Below the pieces are notes generated by a model that was not told where the DNA came from, did not search any database, and was given only the letters and a program-made list of their open reading frames with translations. Positions 12,887 through 25,317 of a DNA stretch of 64,000 bases are shown here, in pieces. Both the position numbers and the translations under genes were made by a program. Numbering within the stretch: the first letter of the stretch is position 1; every line of letters begins with the position of its first letter. The DNA is from Octopus vulgaris. Taxonomy: Eukaryota. The stretch covers positions 68,386,001-68,450,000 of the forward strand of contig OX597822.1 in the NCBI GenBank assembly GCA_951406725.2. Reading direction: 5' to 3'.

Positions 12887-13124
12887 CTTTGTGATACGAA
12901 CGAACGTATAGCCAGAGAATTTAATCACTCTTGTATCATTTTTGATTGAATCGTTTTGCTAGAGAAAATGTTTGTACAGCCGTATTTGTTGTTGCGGATT
13001 TACCGGTAAAGTTAGCACAAATTGTACAAATACCTGATGTTAGGTACTTGCCATCGGCTGTTTTTTTTTTATTATTATTATTTATTTCCATTCAAATGGT
13101 CTAATGTCAGCTAAACAACAGAGG

Positions 13125-13640
13125 TTTTTCTCATACGAACTTCAAATGCTGGAAGTTGAGCTATCAAAGAACTAATGTCAACATCATTAGCGTACCTTTC
13201 CTTAATAACAATAATTTCTGATGTGTTTCTATTGTTAATTGCCTCTAGAAGAAATGTTCCCAGTCTTTGTATATACATTGTGACTCACTTGATCAAAGCA
13301 TTCGTCGATCTCAAAATACACATGTCTGTAACGTTTCCGTGCTGTCGACAGAAATACACCTTCCCCAAATTCTATTGTAACAACCTTTAGCTTTTGTAAT
13401 AACACAGGTTCTGGGGCTAAATTGTGTGTCCCTGTCATCGGTAGAATATCAGCAGAGAGGGTGTCGGGTATCATAACTTTCAAAACTTGTTTTGTAATTT
13501 CAATCATTCTCTGTCCATCTGTTGACAACATTTGCAGTGACTTTGATCAATTTTCTGACTGCAGGTATTAAAACTGGCCAAGGAATTAAACTTTTCTATT
13601 TGATTCTAGTGATTTACATGATCCCCAACTCCAGCATCCA
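13125..13640 (-). pseudogene. Degenerate hAT (Tip100/ZMYM1-like) transposase fragment
   Basis: 'PEPVLLQKLKV...RKRYRHVYFE-IDECFDQ' then, after a frameshift, 'FLLEAINNRNTSEIIVIKERYANDVDISSLIAQLPAF'. Resembles the region before the hATC domain of ZMYM1-like transposases. Confidence 0.55.
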
Positions 13641-13934
13641 ATTGTGATTGTACACATTCTTTCCATCACTCAAATAGGGCTGAAAACATCAAGAGTTCGT
13701 AGCTTGTTGGACTCGGAATTAAGACGGCTTCAAGCGTTAATTTGCTTTCAGAAATGATCAGGTATACACAAGCGATAGCCGATGCATTCTGGGTAGCTGC
13801 GCATTGTGGATGGTCGCTGAAGCGCACTGTTGCGATACAAGCAGAATCTTCGACTGACCGCCGATCCGTCTTACCACAGATCATCTGATCCCGATCCGTG
13901 TTATCACAGATCAATCCATGATATCCGGAAGACG

Positions 13935-15105
13935 CCATTGGTTGCGACTACCTGATTCTTATCCTTTAAAACATCTTGCAACCATTCCCTTGGTTTACCA
14001 CCGATATCAAGGCCACGCAGTTCGTGACATATCATTTTGTAATCGACTGTGCGGAAAGCCTTGGCTAAATCGAGATATATCACATCCACATTTGAACGAC
14101 TGAGTTGTTGTACGAGTACTCGACCATAGTGCTGTGGTAGCTGTGTTAGGCAGCTCCTTCCTGAGCAGAAGCCGTGCTACGTATCAGGGAGCAACCCATT
14201 TACTTCTAGGAACGTGTTCGCCTTCCTTCTGACAATGCGTTCCATGACTTTACTGACATGTGAGGTCACAGAATTAGGCCCGTAATTTTTAGCATCTGCT
14301 CTATTCCCTCCTTTGTGGATAGGGTATATAATGCCGTCTTTTAGCATTCTGGGAAGTTTTACACATGCGAGTAAACTCTGTATCTGCAGCGGTTTTGCGA
14401 GAGCTTTCTTGAATACTTCTGAAAGAAAATTTGGAAAACCATCAGGGCCTACTGCTGAGTTTGACATTAAATCCTTTTCTTTTACGTCAATGTAACTGAA
14501 GTCTCTTCTCTGTGTGGATCTGTGATGCTGAAGAAATCATCAGACTGCTTATCTACAAATTTCCCACTGTAGAGACAGCTTTGGAATTGTTTATTGTGTA
14601 TTTCGCTTACCCTCCTGGGGTCTGCAGTTAATGAGCTGTTTTCTTCAAATAATAGCTCTGTCTCATAATACATTGAGACGGATTCTTTTGCAGGTTTGTA
14701 GAAGGCTTTAAGGTTCGTTTTTAAATTTTCAACTGCCTTGGTTTCTCTTTCTTCTTCGTAAGATAGTCTGAATTTATTTTCGATCTCTGAAAGTACCTTT
14801 CTGGGGTGAAACTCCTCCCTATCATTAAGTTCTTTATTCAAGCGACATGAGATCTTTATTTCTCGTCGCATAAGTACCCTCGGAGAATAATGTTTTTGCG
14901 CGTATTGACTCTTCTCTCGGAGACAAATTTAATGCATATGGGTTTCGTTTTTGACATATATACATAACTTACGTTTCATATCAATGTTTTGTCTAGAGAG
15001 ATTTTGGGTGCCAGTTTTGTTTGAGGACCTCTTTCTGAAGGGATTTCCTTGTAGAAATCTAGGTTGGATAGAATTTTTGTGGATTCTAAGTGGTTGTCAT
15101 CTTTA
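13935..15105 (-). mobile_element. CR1-group LINE ORF2 fragment, old and degenerate
   Basis: ORFs 14482..14871, 14177..14467 (GPDGFP, PIHKGG, NYGP..TSHVSKVMERIVRR) and 13904..14089 (IYLDLAKAF) are collinear with 39177-40740. Confidence 0.9.
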
Positions 15106-15221
15106 GGTAGCTTTTTTAACATCTATTATTAATTTTCTGGCTTTCTCTCTGTTCTCTGTATGTCTCTCTCACTGTCTCTTTCTCTCTCTTTCTCCGTCTC
15201 TCTTTCTCCCTCTCTCTCTTT

Positions 15222-15455
<234 letters not shown>

Positions 15456-15457
<2 letters not shown>

Positions 15458-16045
15458 TTTAAATCCCTGAGCGAAAGAAATACCGTAAAAGTACCGGATA
15501 GTAATGTTTATATGCCAAAATAACGTGACAGTCCTGTAAAGGACGATGTTACTGTGGTTTTAGCCCCAGGAAAACATCTTTTCCAGCTGGCTAACGACAC
15601 ACAGTCTATGTCCGTATATAGCATTTCCTGGGTCTAAAACAACAATAACATCGTCCTTTACAGGACTGCTGCGTTATGTTGGCATATAAACATTACTATC
15701 CTGTACTGTTGCTGTATTTCTCTCGCTCAGAGATTTAAAATATATTGTTCTTTTCGATACGAGATCAACGACTGTGTGTCGCTTAAAGAATATATGGTAT
15801 TTGCGAGTTGAGATAGCTTTCGTCACTAGCTGGTGATTATCTCACACTGAGGACGGATAACATCCCGAAACCTAGGTGAGTATCATGTAAGGCTAGAGAT
15901 GGGAGCAATGACCTCCCTGGCAAATGCTATATACTGACAAGACTGTGTCGTTAGCCACCTGGAAAAGATGTTTTCCTGGGGCTAAAACAATAGTAATATC
16001 GTCCTTTACAGGACTGCCACGTTATGTTGGCATATAAACATTAGT
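15456..16045. mobile_element. Inverted plus direct repeat cassette (348-bp period) with hammerhead relic; Penelope pLTR- or retrozyme-like
   Basis: 15456-15626 is inverted relative to 15624-15740 and 15922-16045; TTTCCTGGG recurs at 15624 and 15972; CUGAGGA-C-GGAU AAC AUCC-C-GAAAC at 15847-15871. Confidence 0.65.
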
Positions 16046-16939
16046 ATATATATATAATTGTAGCAAGGAAAATATTGACAGTGACTTAGAGGACGATTAG
16101 ACTGTAATTTCAAAGTAATGTCAACCTTTTAACCTTTTTCTTGCAAAAAATGAAATATATATATTCAACATGAAGTCATTCAATAATCTTTCAGCTGATG
16201 TATTGCTTCGACCCGACCGAAGATTTGTGAGCGGATTTGGTACACGGAAACTGAAAGAAGCCTCCATTAGCTTTGTGTCTTTCTCTAATGTGTACTGGAA
16301 TAATTTCATAAAAAGACCACATGGCTACGTATCATCTTCCGAATAAAGATCCTGAAAAGCTTCATTTTCGTTTCCTCGAAAAGACAATTCGTTTGCACAA
16401 AGAAAATGAACAATATCAACAATGGAATTGATATAATAACGGTTTTTGCTCAACTGATCATTTTGCTAGATTTAAGATACGGATGTTGCTGTGGATAAAC
16501 GCAGTTGGCGTTCCTTCCATGTTACCATAGCTTGGATAAGGGATGCAGAGTTTGCGTGCTTATTTAAACCTTCGTTTTTTTTTTCTTTTGCATGATGTCA
16601 ATTATATCCATTTTTAATAAAACAAGTATCAGTATTAATAAAACAACTGACCCAGCATCACCCACTCCTTAATACAACCCACAGTTGATGACCGGGTCAG
16701 CAGCCAATTCTGCGACAACAATTACAGATACAACAAACACCAGCTCTAATTTACCCACATTTTCATATCACTAACTACTAAATCAAAAGAAATTCAATTT
16801 ATTGCATCTTCAGCGACTTCAGATATTGCTTTTTCAAAAGTGGATACAAATTCTCATACTGGGGTGCAGGGGCTAGGATTCTAACTGGGGGTGCTGAGTA
16901 CCCCATAGCCGCCCAACCTCCACCGTAGCTACGTACCAG

Positions 16940-17280
16940 GTGAAGGCGCATGGCTCAGTGGTTAGAGCGTCGAGCTTATGATCGTGAGGTTGTGAGTTCG
17001 ATTCCCAGACCGGGCTGCGTGTTGTGTTCTTGAGGAAGACACTTTATTTCATGTTGCTCCAGTTAACTCAGCTGTAGAAATGAGTTGCGATATCACAGGT
17101 GCCAAGCTGTATTGGCCTTTGCCTTTCTTTTGGATAACATCAGTGGCACGGAGAGGGGGAGGCTGGTATGCATGGGCGACTGCTGGTCTTCCATAAACAA
17201 CCTTGCCCGGACTTGTGCCTGGGAGGGTAACTTTCTAGGTGCAACCCCATGGTCAGTCATGACCGAAGGGGGTCTCCTCC
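16940..17280 (+). mobile_element. SINE family C (tail 4)
   Basis: Highly similar to 1701-2038. Confidence 0.85.
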
Positions 17281-17362
17281 TAAATATATATATATATATA
17301 TATACATATACATAATGCATACATACATACACACACACACACTTACACATATATATATATGC

Positions 17363-17445
<83 letters not shown>

Positions 17446-17490
17446 TACATGTATATATAAATACATGCACACATATATATACACACATGC

Positions 17491-17523
<33 letters not shown>

Positions 17524-17982
17524 CATATCAAATATGTATGTACGCATGCATATACATGCATACGGGCATACGCACACGCACACGAGTCTCTCCGTGGGTC
17601 TGTGTGTGCGCGTATGTGTATGGTTACCGAGTGTGCGCACAAAATAAGATAGCAGCATTTACAAGGGACGTAATCGTGTGTATTTTTTTCAAGAGTTATT
17701 GTTCTTGACATCGATTATCGGATTTAAACATCGATTAAATAGTAACTACGAACTAGAAAGGGCTGATAATCACAATTGGAACACTTTTGATTAAAACTAT
17801 ACACAACCAGAGCTGATCTGAGATTAAATGATCACAATAACAACGACGACTTTGTCTGGTTCATATTTCTCAACCCTAGAGGGAAGAAAAATCAACATTT
17901 TGAATCTAAAATGTGAAGGAACGAAATTCATAACGTTATATTTTCTGTCAACTTATTATTCTAACATGTCTGAATATTAAAC

Positions 17983-18665
17983 TTGGCAAGCTAGCAAAAT
18001 CGTTAACACGCCGGACAAAATGCTTAGTAGCATTTCGTTCGCGTTCACGTTCTGAGTTCAAATTCCGCCGAGGCCGACTTTGCTTTTCATGAAATAAGTG
18101 GAAGCACTCCGTCGGTTATGACGACGAGGGTTCCGGTTGATCCGATCAACGGAACAGCCTGCTCGTGAAATTAACGTGTAAGTGGCTGAGCACTCCACAG
18201 ACACGTGTACCCTTAACGTAGTTCTCGGGGATATTCAGCGTGACACAGAGAGTGACAAGGCCGGCCCTTTGAATTACAGGTACAACAGAAACAGGAAGTA
18301 AGAGTGAGATAAAGTTGCGGTGAAAGAGTACAGCAGGGATCATCACCATCCCTGCCGGAGCCTCGTGGAGCTTTAGGTGTTTTCGCTCAATAAACAATCA
18401 CAAACGCCCGGTCTGGGAATCGAAACCGCGATCCTACGACCGCGAGTCCGCTGCCCTAACCACTGGGCCATTGCACCTCCACATGAAATAAGTACCAGCT
18501 ATGCACTAGGGTCGATTTAATGGACTCACTCGAAACTGGTGGCATTGCGCCAACATTTGAAACCAATATTAAACTTGCGTTTAAGGCGGTGAACTGGAAA
18601 ATCGTTAGCATGCCGGACAAAATGTTTGGCAGCATTTCGTCCGCCCTTAAGTTCTGAGTTGAAAT
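17983..18665 (+). mobile_element. SINE family D copies, the first interrupted by a family B SINE
   Basis: Family D head at ~17983-18090 resumes at 18482; a second head lies at ~18585-18665. Confidence 0.7.
18100..18481 (-). mobile_element. tRNA-derived SINE family B (tail 1) with 12-bp TSD
   Basis: Head GGAGGTGCAATGGCCCAGTGGTTAGGGCAGCGGACTCGCGG...TTCGATTCCC; TSD CATGAAATAAGT at 18088-18099 and 18482-18493. Confidence 0.9.
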
Positions 18666-18826
18666 TTTGGCAATGAAAGCTACACCAATGCCAGAACGGG
18701 ACGACACTGCATATATATATGTATATATGTATATATGCATATATATGTATATATGTATATATACATATATATGTATATATGTATATATACATATATACAT
18801 GTATATACATATATATATATGTATAT

Positions 18827-19947
18827 ATGGAGTGTGGTTACATGACTTCCTGAAAGATAAGAGTCAGGCAGTAGTGGCTAATGGAGCCACCTCTATGAAC
18901 ACACAAATAGTGAGCGGTGTTCCACAGAGCACTGTCTTGGGACCACTGCTTTTTATAGTGGCCCTCTCAGATATGCCCTCAAATGCCCGGATAGCCACTC
19001 TGGCAAGCAATGCAGATGATACGAAAGTCTCACAGAAAATACAGAACCCCAGCGATGTTGCACACCTGCAGCAAGAGTTGGACTCAATTTACTGATGGGC
19101 TGAGGATAATAATATGCAGTTTAATGCTGAAAAATTCCAGGCCCTGCGCTACCAGCATCCAAAACTGAATATTAAACCTACAAGGTACACCGGTCCACAA
19201 GGAATTTCAATCCCAGAGCCTAAGTCAGTGAGGGACCTGGGTATCGACATGAGTGATGATACCTCTTTCCAAGTGCACGTTACCAGGATGGCGACAAAGT
19301 GCAGACGACTGACTGGATGGATCCTAAGAACATTCAGAAACAGAGATAAGGAAACCATGATGGTCCTCTGGCGGACATTCGTCCTCAGCCGCCTGGATTA
19401 CTGCTCACAGCTATGGTCACCTACCAGTGTGAGATTAACAGTGGACGTTGAAGCAATCCAGTGAAGACTCACAAAGATCGTCTCTTTGCAACAGCTCAGC
19501 CACTGGGAAAGGTTGAAACAGCTAAGACTCTATTCCCTGGAGAGAAGACGGGAGAGGTATGCAGTAATATATATCTGGAAGATCCTGGAAGGAATTGTGC
19601 CAAATTTTGGCAATGAAAGCTACACCAATGCCAGAACGGGACGACACTGCATGGTGCCAAAGATCCCAGCAATGCCATCACGCTTCAGGACCAGTTACTG
19701 CAACAGCCTGGGTATCAAGGGCCCACAGCTTTTTAATATTCTCCCAAAGAGTCTGAGGAACTTGCACAAAGTAGTTGTAGGGGTTTTTAATCAAAGCTGG
19801 ACCTCTTCCTGTCGAGAGTCCCAGATGAGCCTACCTCACGGCAAGAGGTGCAAATGAGAGTAGCTATATCAAACTCCATGCTTCACCAAGTGCCATATAT
19901 TAGAGGAGGCTCTTAGTAATAACAGTTTAGCGCAAAATGGCGATGCA
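18827..19947 (+). mobile_element. CR1-group LINE, 5'-truncated RT and C-terminal fragment
   Basis: SGVPQSTVLGPLLF, ADD motif, VRDLGI, LDYCSQLWSP, LYSLERRRERY; internal stops and frameshifts; paralogous to 40700-41775. Confidence 0.92.
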
Positions 19948-19958
19948 TACATACATAC

Positions 19959-20010
<52 letters not shown>

Positions 20011-20097
20011 AGAGTTTACGAAAAAAACAAAAGACGAAGACAGGTGGTGTACAAAACAAACAATTATATTAGTATAACGCTCAGGAATAGAAAAAGT

Positions 20098-20133
20098 CTT
20101 TTACGTTTCGAGCCTACGCTCTTCTACAGAAAG
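20098..20133 (-). ncRNA. Variant minimal hammerhead-like motif (short stem II family)
   Basis: CUUU-CUGUAGA-A-GAGC GUAG GCUC-GAAAC-GUA-AAAG in cassette 20008-20200; core has A6->U. Confidence 0.5.
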
Positions 20134-20197
20134 GGACACGGAAAAAACAAGGAGAGAAACAGGGAGAGAAAAAAATGTGTGTAGTGGCTAACGATCT

Positions 20198-20237
<40 letters not shown>

Positions 20238-20240
<3 letters not shown>

Positions 20241-20550
20241 ATGCGCAATGGCCCAGTGGTTAGGGCAGCGGACTCGCGGTCGTAGGATCGCGGCTTCGAT
20301 TCCCAGACCGGGCATTGTGAGTGTTTATTGAGCGAAAAAGACCTAAAGCTCCACGAGGCTCCGGCAGGGGGATGGTAGCGATCCCTGCTGTACTCTTTCA
20401 CCACAACTTTCTCTCACTCTTTCTTCTGTCGGCCTGCTTGCTTAGCCAGCGGGGTGGCGTCATTTGAAGGCTAAAACAATGCGAAGCGCATTGTGACCAG
20501 CGATGTGTAACTACATCTGATAACCTGGTCGGCCACGGTGATCACGGTGA
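20238..20550 (+). mobile_element. SINE family B (tail 2)
   Basis: Same head and body as 18100-18481, with a different 3' region from ~20425. Confidence 0.85.
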
Positions 20551-20787
20551 TATATATATATATATTCGTGTAACAAAAAAACAACAAAAAAAACCACCAC
20601 GTGGATTCGGTTGAGACTAGTAAGAAACAATTATGAACTTTTATATTACACTTAACTTTTAAAAATATTTTTGATAAAGTTCGTTTTTTCAAGAAGAACC
20701 GAAACATGTAAAATTTATCTTATATAGTGGCGTTTTCAAACTTCTTTTTTATAAATATATACCCACTCGTATACCACCTACACTTAT

Positions 20788-20836
<49 letters not shown>

Positions 20837-21002
20837 AAAGTCAAAATGCGATAAAATAAAATTAATTATTATCGCCGGTGTTCTAGCACAGGCCATATAT
20901 TATTCATATATAAGTACATTAAAAGGCGAAGTATGTACTAGATACACAGAAGCTTGATAAATTTAGTGAAATGAAAATAAAAACTTTTACTAACTCGGTT
21001 CA

Positions 21003-21073
21003 TCTTATACTGCAGTTTCGTCTTTTTCAGCAATAAAAATAATTTATTTACTCAGGGAGACTCGTCAGTAAGA
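21003..21073 (-). ncRNA. Type-I hammerhead ribozyme motif, canonical core
   Basis: Minus strand: UCUUA-CUGACGA-GUCU...(AU-rich extension)...AGAC-GAAAC-UGCA-GUA-UAAGA. Perfect stem I, palindromic stem III ACUGCAGU. Confidence 0.8.
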
Positions 21074-21117
21074 GCCCTGTTATTCTGAAATCGCACCTCA
21101 ATAGAAGCATGTGCGTC

Positions 21118-21161
<44 letters not shown>

Positions 21162-21487
21162 GGGCAAGAACGCAAAACATCCAGACAACTAGGTGATACA
21201 AAAAGGGACAACAAAACATCCGATACAAGAAATACGGACGGGTCATTCGAAGCCTTTACTCTTGAGTCAAGAACCGGATCATCCTCGCAATTTCGGCTCT
21301 TTAACCTTGAGATTACTCCAATCTGGCCATCCCCAAGGAAAAACTAAGCTAAAAGCATTAGATTCCTTGGAAAAAAGCATCGAATGTATACGAAACAAGG
21401 ACGGGAAAACGGACGATGTTACACGAATATAAATATAAAAATAATATATATATATATAAATATATTTTAGATATATATATATCATAT

Positions 21488-21543
<56 letters not shown>

Positions 21544-21589
21544 CGTGTGTGTATGTGTGTATTCATGTATATGTGTGAATATGTATGAG

Positions 21590-21785
21590 GGTGTGTCTGT
21601 GTTTGCCCCCCACCACCATCGCCGCTTGATAACCAGTGTTGTTTTGTTTACGTCTCCATGATCTCGCATAAATATCAGACTTTAAAAAATAAGTACAAGG
21701 GACGATATGTTCGACAAGAACATGTCAAAGCGGTGCTCCAGTATGGCCACAATCCAATAATTGAAACTAGTAGAAGAAAAAGAAA
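21590..21785 (+). mobile_element. SINE family A, 3' half
   Basis: Similarity to 3290-3490. Confidence 0.75.
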
Positions 21786-22739
21786 AGAAATATGAACGTA
21801 TGTGTAAAAGCCTGTTCGTGCGTATGCGGAAATGCTCTGTCTCGTTTGTACGTAAAAGAAAAGAGTTGCTTCCCTTACATATGATATAAGTTATGTCCCT
21901 TGTTATTCTATCCAGTTTGTCATTTTTCTGGGATTATTCCCTTTATTTTATTATTTTTAAATCTAGAGAGTTTTTATGAGAAGAAATTAAGAATTGTTAC
22001 ATTCACGCATTTGTTCTAAATGTTGAAGCTGCTGTAATAAAATTTTACAGCTAACTTTCATCAATTTTTTTATCTTTATTTCCGTTCTATTCCTTACGGT
22101 ACATCGATCAGTCCTTTGACTGTTCGGGTAACATCTATTCGTCAATGAAAACACGTTGCTAGTTTCTCGCTCATTGTTTCACCCATTTCTGGAAAAGCGA
22201 CATTAGAGTTTTTCTCACGGTACATCGTGAACGATTCAGAGACAGAAAGAGAGACATACAGAATAATCGACCACAGCATATGACTTGTACTCTGTAGTCT
22301 CCGGAAGGCAAGTACGTTTTACTGTAGGCCCCTGGACCATTCAATGCACTGGGTCCTATAGTATTTATTCATTGACAGCAAGACACAGCATACATAGACA
22401 AAAAATAGGCTCCTAGCCCCACGAGGCGTCCATGCTTTTACTATTCGTCAGAAGGTAGATATGTCTTCAGCGGTGGGAGGATTTGATCTCAGAGTACAGG
22501 TAGCGGAAACAAATAGCGCCAGGTATTCTATCTACCACTCTTACAACTCTATTCAGCTACAGCTAAATTATAGCACTGAAGCACTTCAGCTTTGGACTAC
22601 TTCAAAAATTGACGTCAGAATCATTAATTAGCGCCAGCCACAAAACAATTTGCATTTTTTAATGAAAACCTTTATTTTCTGAGATGAAACCAGCTGAGGT
22701 CAACTCAAACTTTCATTCTTCTAGTGGTCATCATCATCG

Positions 22740-22740
<1 letters not shown>

Positions 22741-22770
<30 letters not shown>

Positions 22771-23540
22771 TTAGCGTTTCCCATGCTGGCATGGGTTGGA
22801 CGTATAGGAAGTGAGGTTGGCACTGGATGGGTGCCTCACAATTTCTTACATTGTCGTGGAAAGGAAAATAGCGAGAACAAGAATCTCCAAACAAAAATAA
22901 TAATAATTTATTTCGCCGAAATAAGCATTTCATCTCTAGACATCGGTAGCCTGGACGCTGGGGGGGGGTGAAAGCAGCAGAGTCAGTTTAATCACAATTG
23001 TGAAGGCATTCTTCACAGATTCGCCTAAGTCGTGGATCACCTTCATATGGAGCTGGCTTGGTTGCATCTGGCTCTGTCGGCAGAAGAGGTGAAGAGAGAG
23101 AATAGCGGTCAAGCCTAGCTGCTGCTGATGACTGCGCATGCGCATAAGGGACTTCCGGCAGGCCTTCCGGAAGACTAATCCCTGCGCATGCGTGGATGAA
23201 AATCCCAAAATGGCGTCTGGAACCAGGTGTCACTACAGACGGTTTGATAGAAGCTGGCTAGCCGGAGAGCTGCGCCAGCCTCCATATGTCTGCTTTGGCA
23301 TGGTTTCTACGACTGGATGCCCTTCCTAACGCCAACCATTTTACAGAGTACTGAGTGCTGTTTACATGGTACTAGTACCAGTGCTCTTTACATGGTACGT
23401 GACATCAGCACGAGTGCTTTTCATGGGACACCAGCACGGGTGATTTTTTTTTACAAGGAACTGGCATGGATGCTTTTTATGTGGCACCAGCATGGGTGCT
23501 TTTTACATGACACCGGCACAAGTGTGACACCGGCATATTA
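22741..23540 (-). mobile_element. Family E retroposon (RTE-like tail ending in (GAT)n), split by an LTR insertion
   Basis: CATGCTGGCATGGGTTGGACG|GTTTGA...CTGGATGCCCTTCCTAACGCCAACC is contiguous in other copies (31008-31260, 49800-50200) but separated here by 435 bp. Confidence 0.8.
22803..23237 (-). mobile_element. Solo LTR (Gypsy-type), 435 bp, 4-bp TSD GACG
   Basis: Minus strand begins TGTAGTG and ends CTTCCTATA (CA end decayed). TSD GACG at 22799-22802 and 23238-23241; AATAAA on the minus strand at 22907-22912. Confidence 0.7.
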
Positions 23541-24034
23541 ATGAAACGAAAGAACATTCAAATACTTGGGTTTAACTTAATCAACTCTACTTTCACCAAA
23601 ACAGTATACCCTTGAGCCAATTTTAAAATTCAAGATTTAGGAAGACAAAATCTATAGAATATCTCTTTATCTTTTATCGTTTGCTTGTTTCCATCTTTTA
23701 CTTGCACTGCGTTGAATGGTTTTAGTGAAGAAAATTAAACCCAGTAGTTTCATTTTTTTAAAGTCTGGTACTTATTCTATCAAGTTACTTAACCAAACTG
23801 CTTTATTATGGAGATGTAAATAAACCAACATCAGTTTCTGTTTCTCCACTTTTCTTATTCTGTTATTTTCATTCCACCACCTATCTTTCAGAAGAAGGAT
23901 GTATATACGAAACGTTAAAAAGATATTTGCTTTTTTTCCCCCCATTTCCTCAGCATTAAGCTACTACCAGCTTTGTGTTTACTTTTTTACCTCATCTTTG
24001 TACTGTTTTTTATTTTGTTTATTTTTCACCTTTA

Positions 24035-24108
<74 letters not shown>

Positions 24109-24137
24109 ATGTGTGTGTGTGATACTAATGATCTTTT

Positions 24138-24410
24138 GAAGTCTTGTGAGTGGATTTGGTAGAAAGAAACTGAAACTCGTATATATATGTATATATTTAT
24201 GTTTGCATTTGTGTCCCCCCACACCCATCCTCACTTGACAACTGTGTGGTATGTTTGTGTCCCCGTAACTTGGTAGTTCAGCAAAAGAGACCGACAGAAT
24301 AAGTACTAGGCTTACGAAGGATAAGTCGTCGATTTCTTCGACTAAGACCCTTTAAGGTGGTGCTCCAGCATGGCCACAGTCAAATGACTGAAACAAGTAA
24401 AAAAAATAAA
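24138..24410 (+). mobile_element. SINE family A, partial
   Basis: Similarity to 3190-3490. Confidence 0.75.
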
Positions 24411-24424
24411 AGAATAATTACATA

Positions 24425-24779
24425 CAGGGTGGCCCAAAAGTAGGTTTACAGTTATCACGCAGGCACTTCAAATTTCTTTTAAAGCATCTTAATTCATTTA
24501 AATTTCTACCTTACAAACTGAAAAGGGAGCTTGACAAAATTAACTAAATTAGCATAGAATTATGGTTTCATATTTTTTTAATACTCTTTTACTCTTTTCA
24601 GTCATTTGACTGTGGCCATGCTGGAGCACCGCCTTTAGTCAAGCAAATCAACCCCAGGACTTATTCTTTGTAAGCCTAGTACTTATTCTATCGGTCTCTT
24701 TTTTGCCGAACCGCTAAGTTACGGGGACGTAAACACACCAGCATCGGTTGTCAGGCAATGTTGGTGGGGACAAACATAT

Positions 24780-24810
<31 letters not shown>

Positions 24811-25034
24811 CAACAGGCTTCTTTCAGTTTCCGTCTACCAAATCCACTCACAAGGCTATAATAGAAGACACTTGCACTTGCCCAAGGTGCCACGCAGTGG
24901 GACTGAACCCGGAACCATGTGGTTCGTAAGCAAGCTACTTACCACACAGCCACTCCTACGCCTATAATCAATATCTAAACTGTTAATATATGAATGCAAA
25001 AGAGATATTCGAATAACTTATTGGGTCAGCCCTG
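24425..25034. mobile_element. Tc1/mariner-type MITE interrupted by SINE A
   Basis: TA-CAGGGTGGCCCAAAAGTAGG ... GGGTCAGCCCTG-TA; same family as the intact copy at 38398-38629 in the opposite orientation. Confidence 0.8.
24585..24964 (-). mobile_element. SINE family A, full-length, nested in MITE
   Basis: Reverse complement of 3069-3490. Confidence 0.85.
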
Positions 25035-25116
25035 TATTTAATAAAATTTAACTAAAAGAAATAAGTTAATACATAACAAAAAAAATCTCAAATAACAAAT
25101 ATATGTATAAAAAAAG

Positions 25117-25268
25117 TTATGGTTGTGTGATAAGTTGGCTTCCTAACCACTTGATTCTGGGTTCAGTCCCACTGCCTGGCACCTCGGGTGAGTGTCTTCT
25201 TCTATAGCCTTGGGCTGACCAAAACTTTGTGAGTAGATTTGTTAGACGGAAACTACAAAAAAGTCCAT

Positions 25269-25317
<49 letters not shown>

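Noticed and set aside
16270-16938. Possible 5' part and TIR of the hAT relic at 13.1-13.6 kb
   Set aside because: A GC-rich terminal-like motif near 16860-16938 is suggestive, but I found no matching TIR/TSD or clear peptide.
21157-21430. Hammerhead in the cassette family at 10710-10820 and 21157-21430
   Set aside because: Only partial motifs (GCCGAAA, CTGAGGA) without a complete core; TA-flanked cassette of uncertain class.
22988-23233. 81-aa minus-strand ORF ending CEECLHNCD
   Set aside because: Lies entirely inside the TSD-flanked 435-bp LTR-like insertion; most likely incidental.
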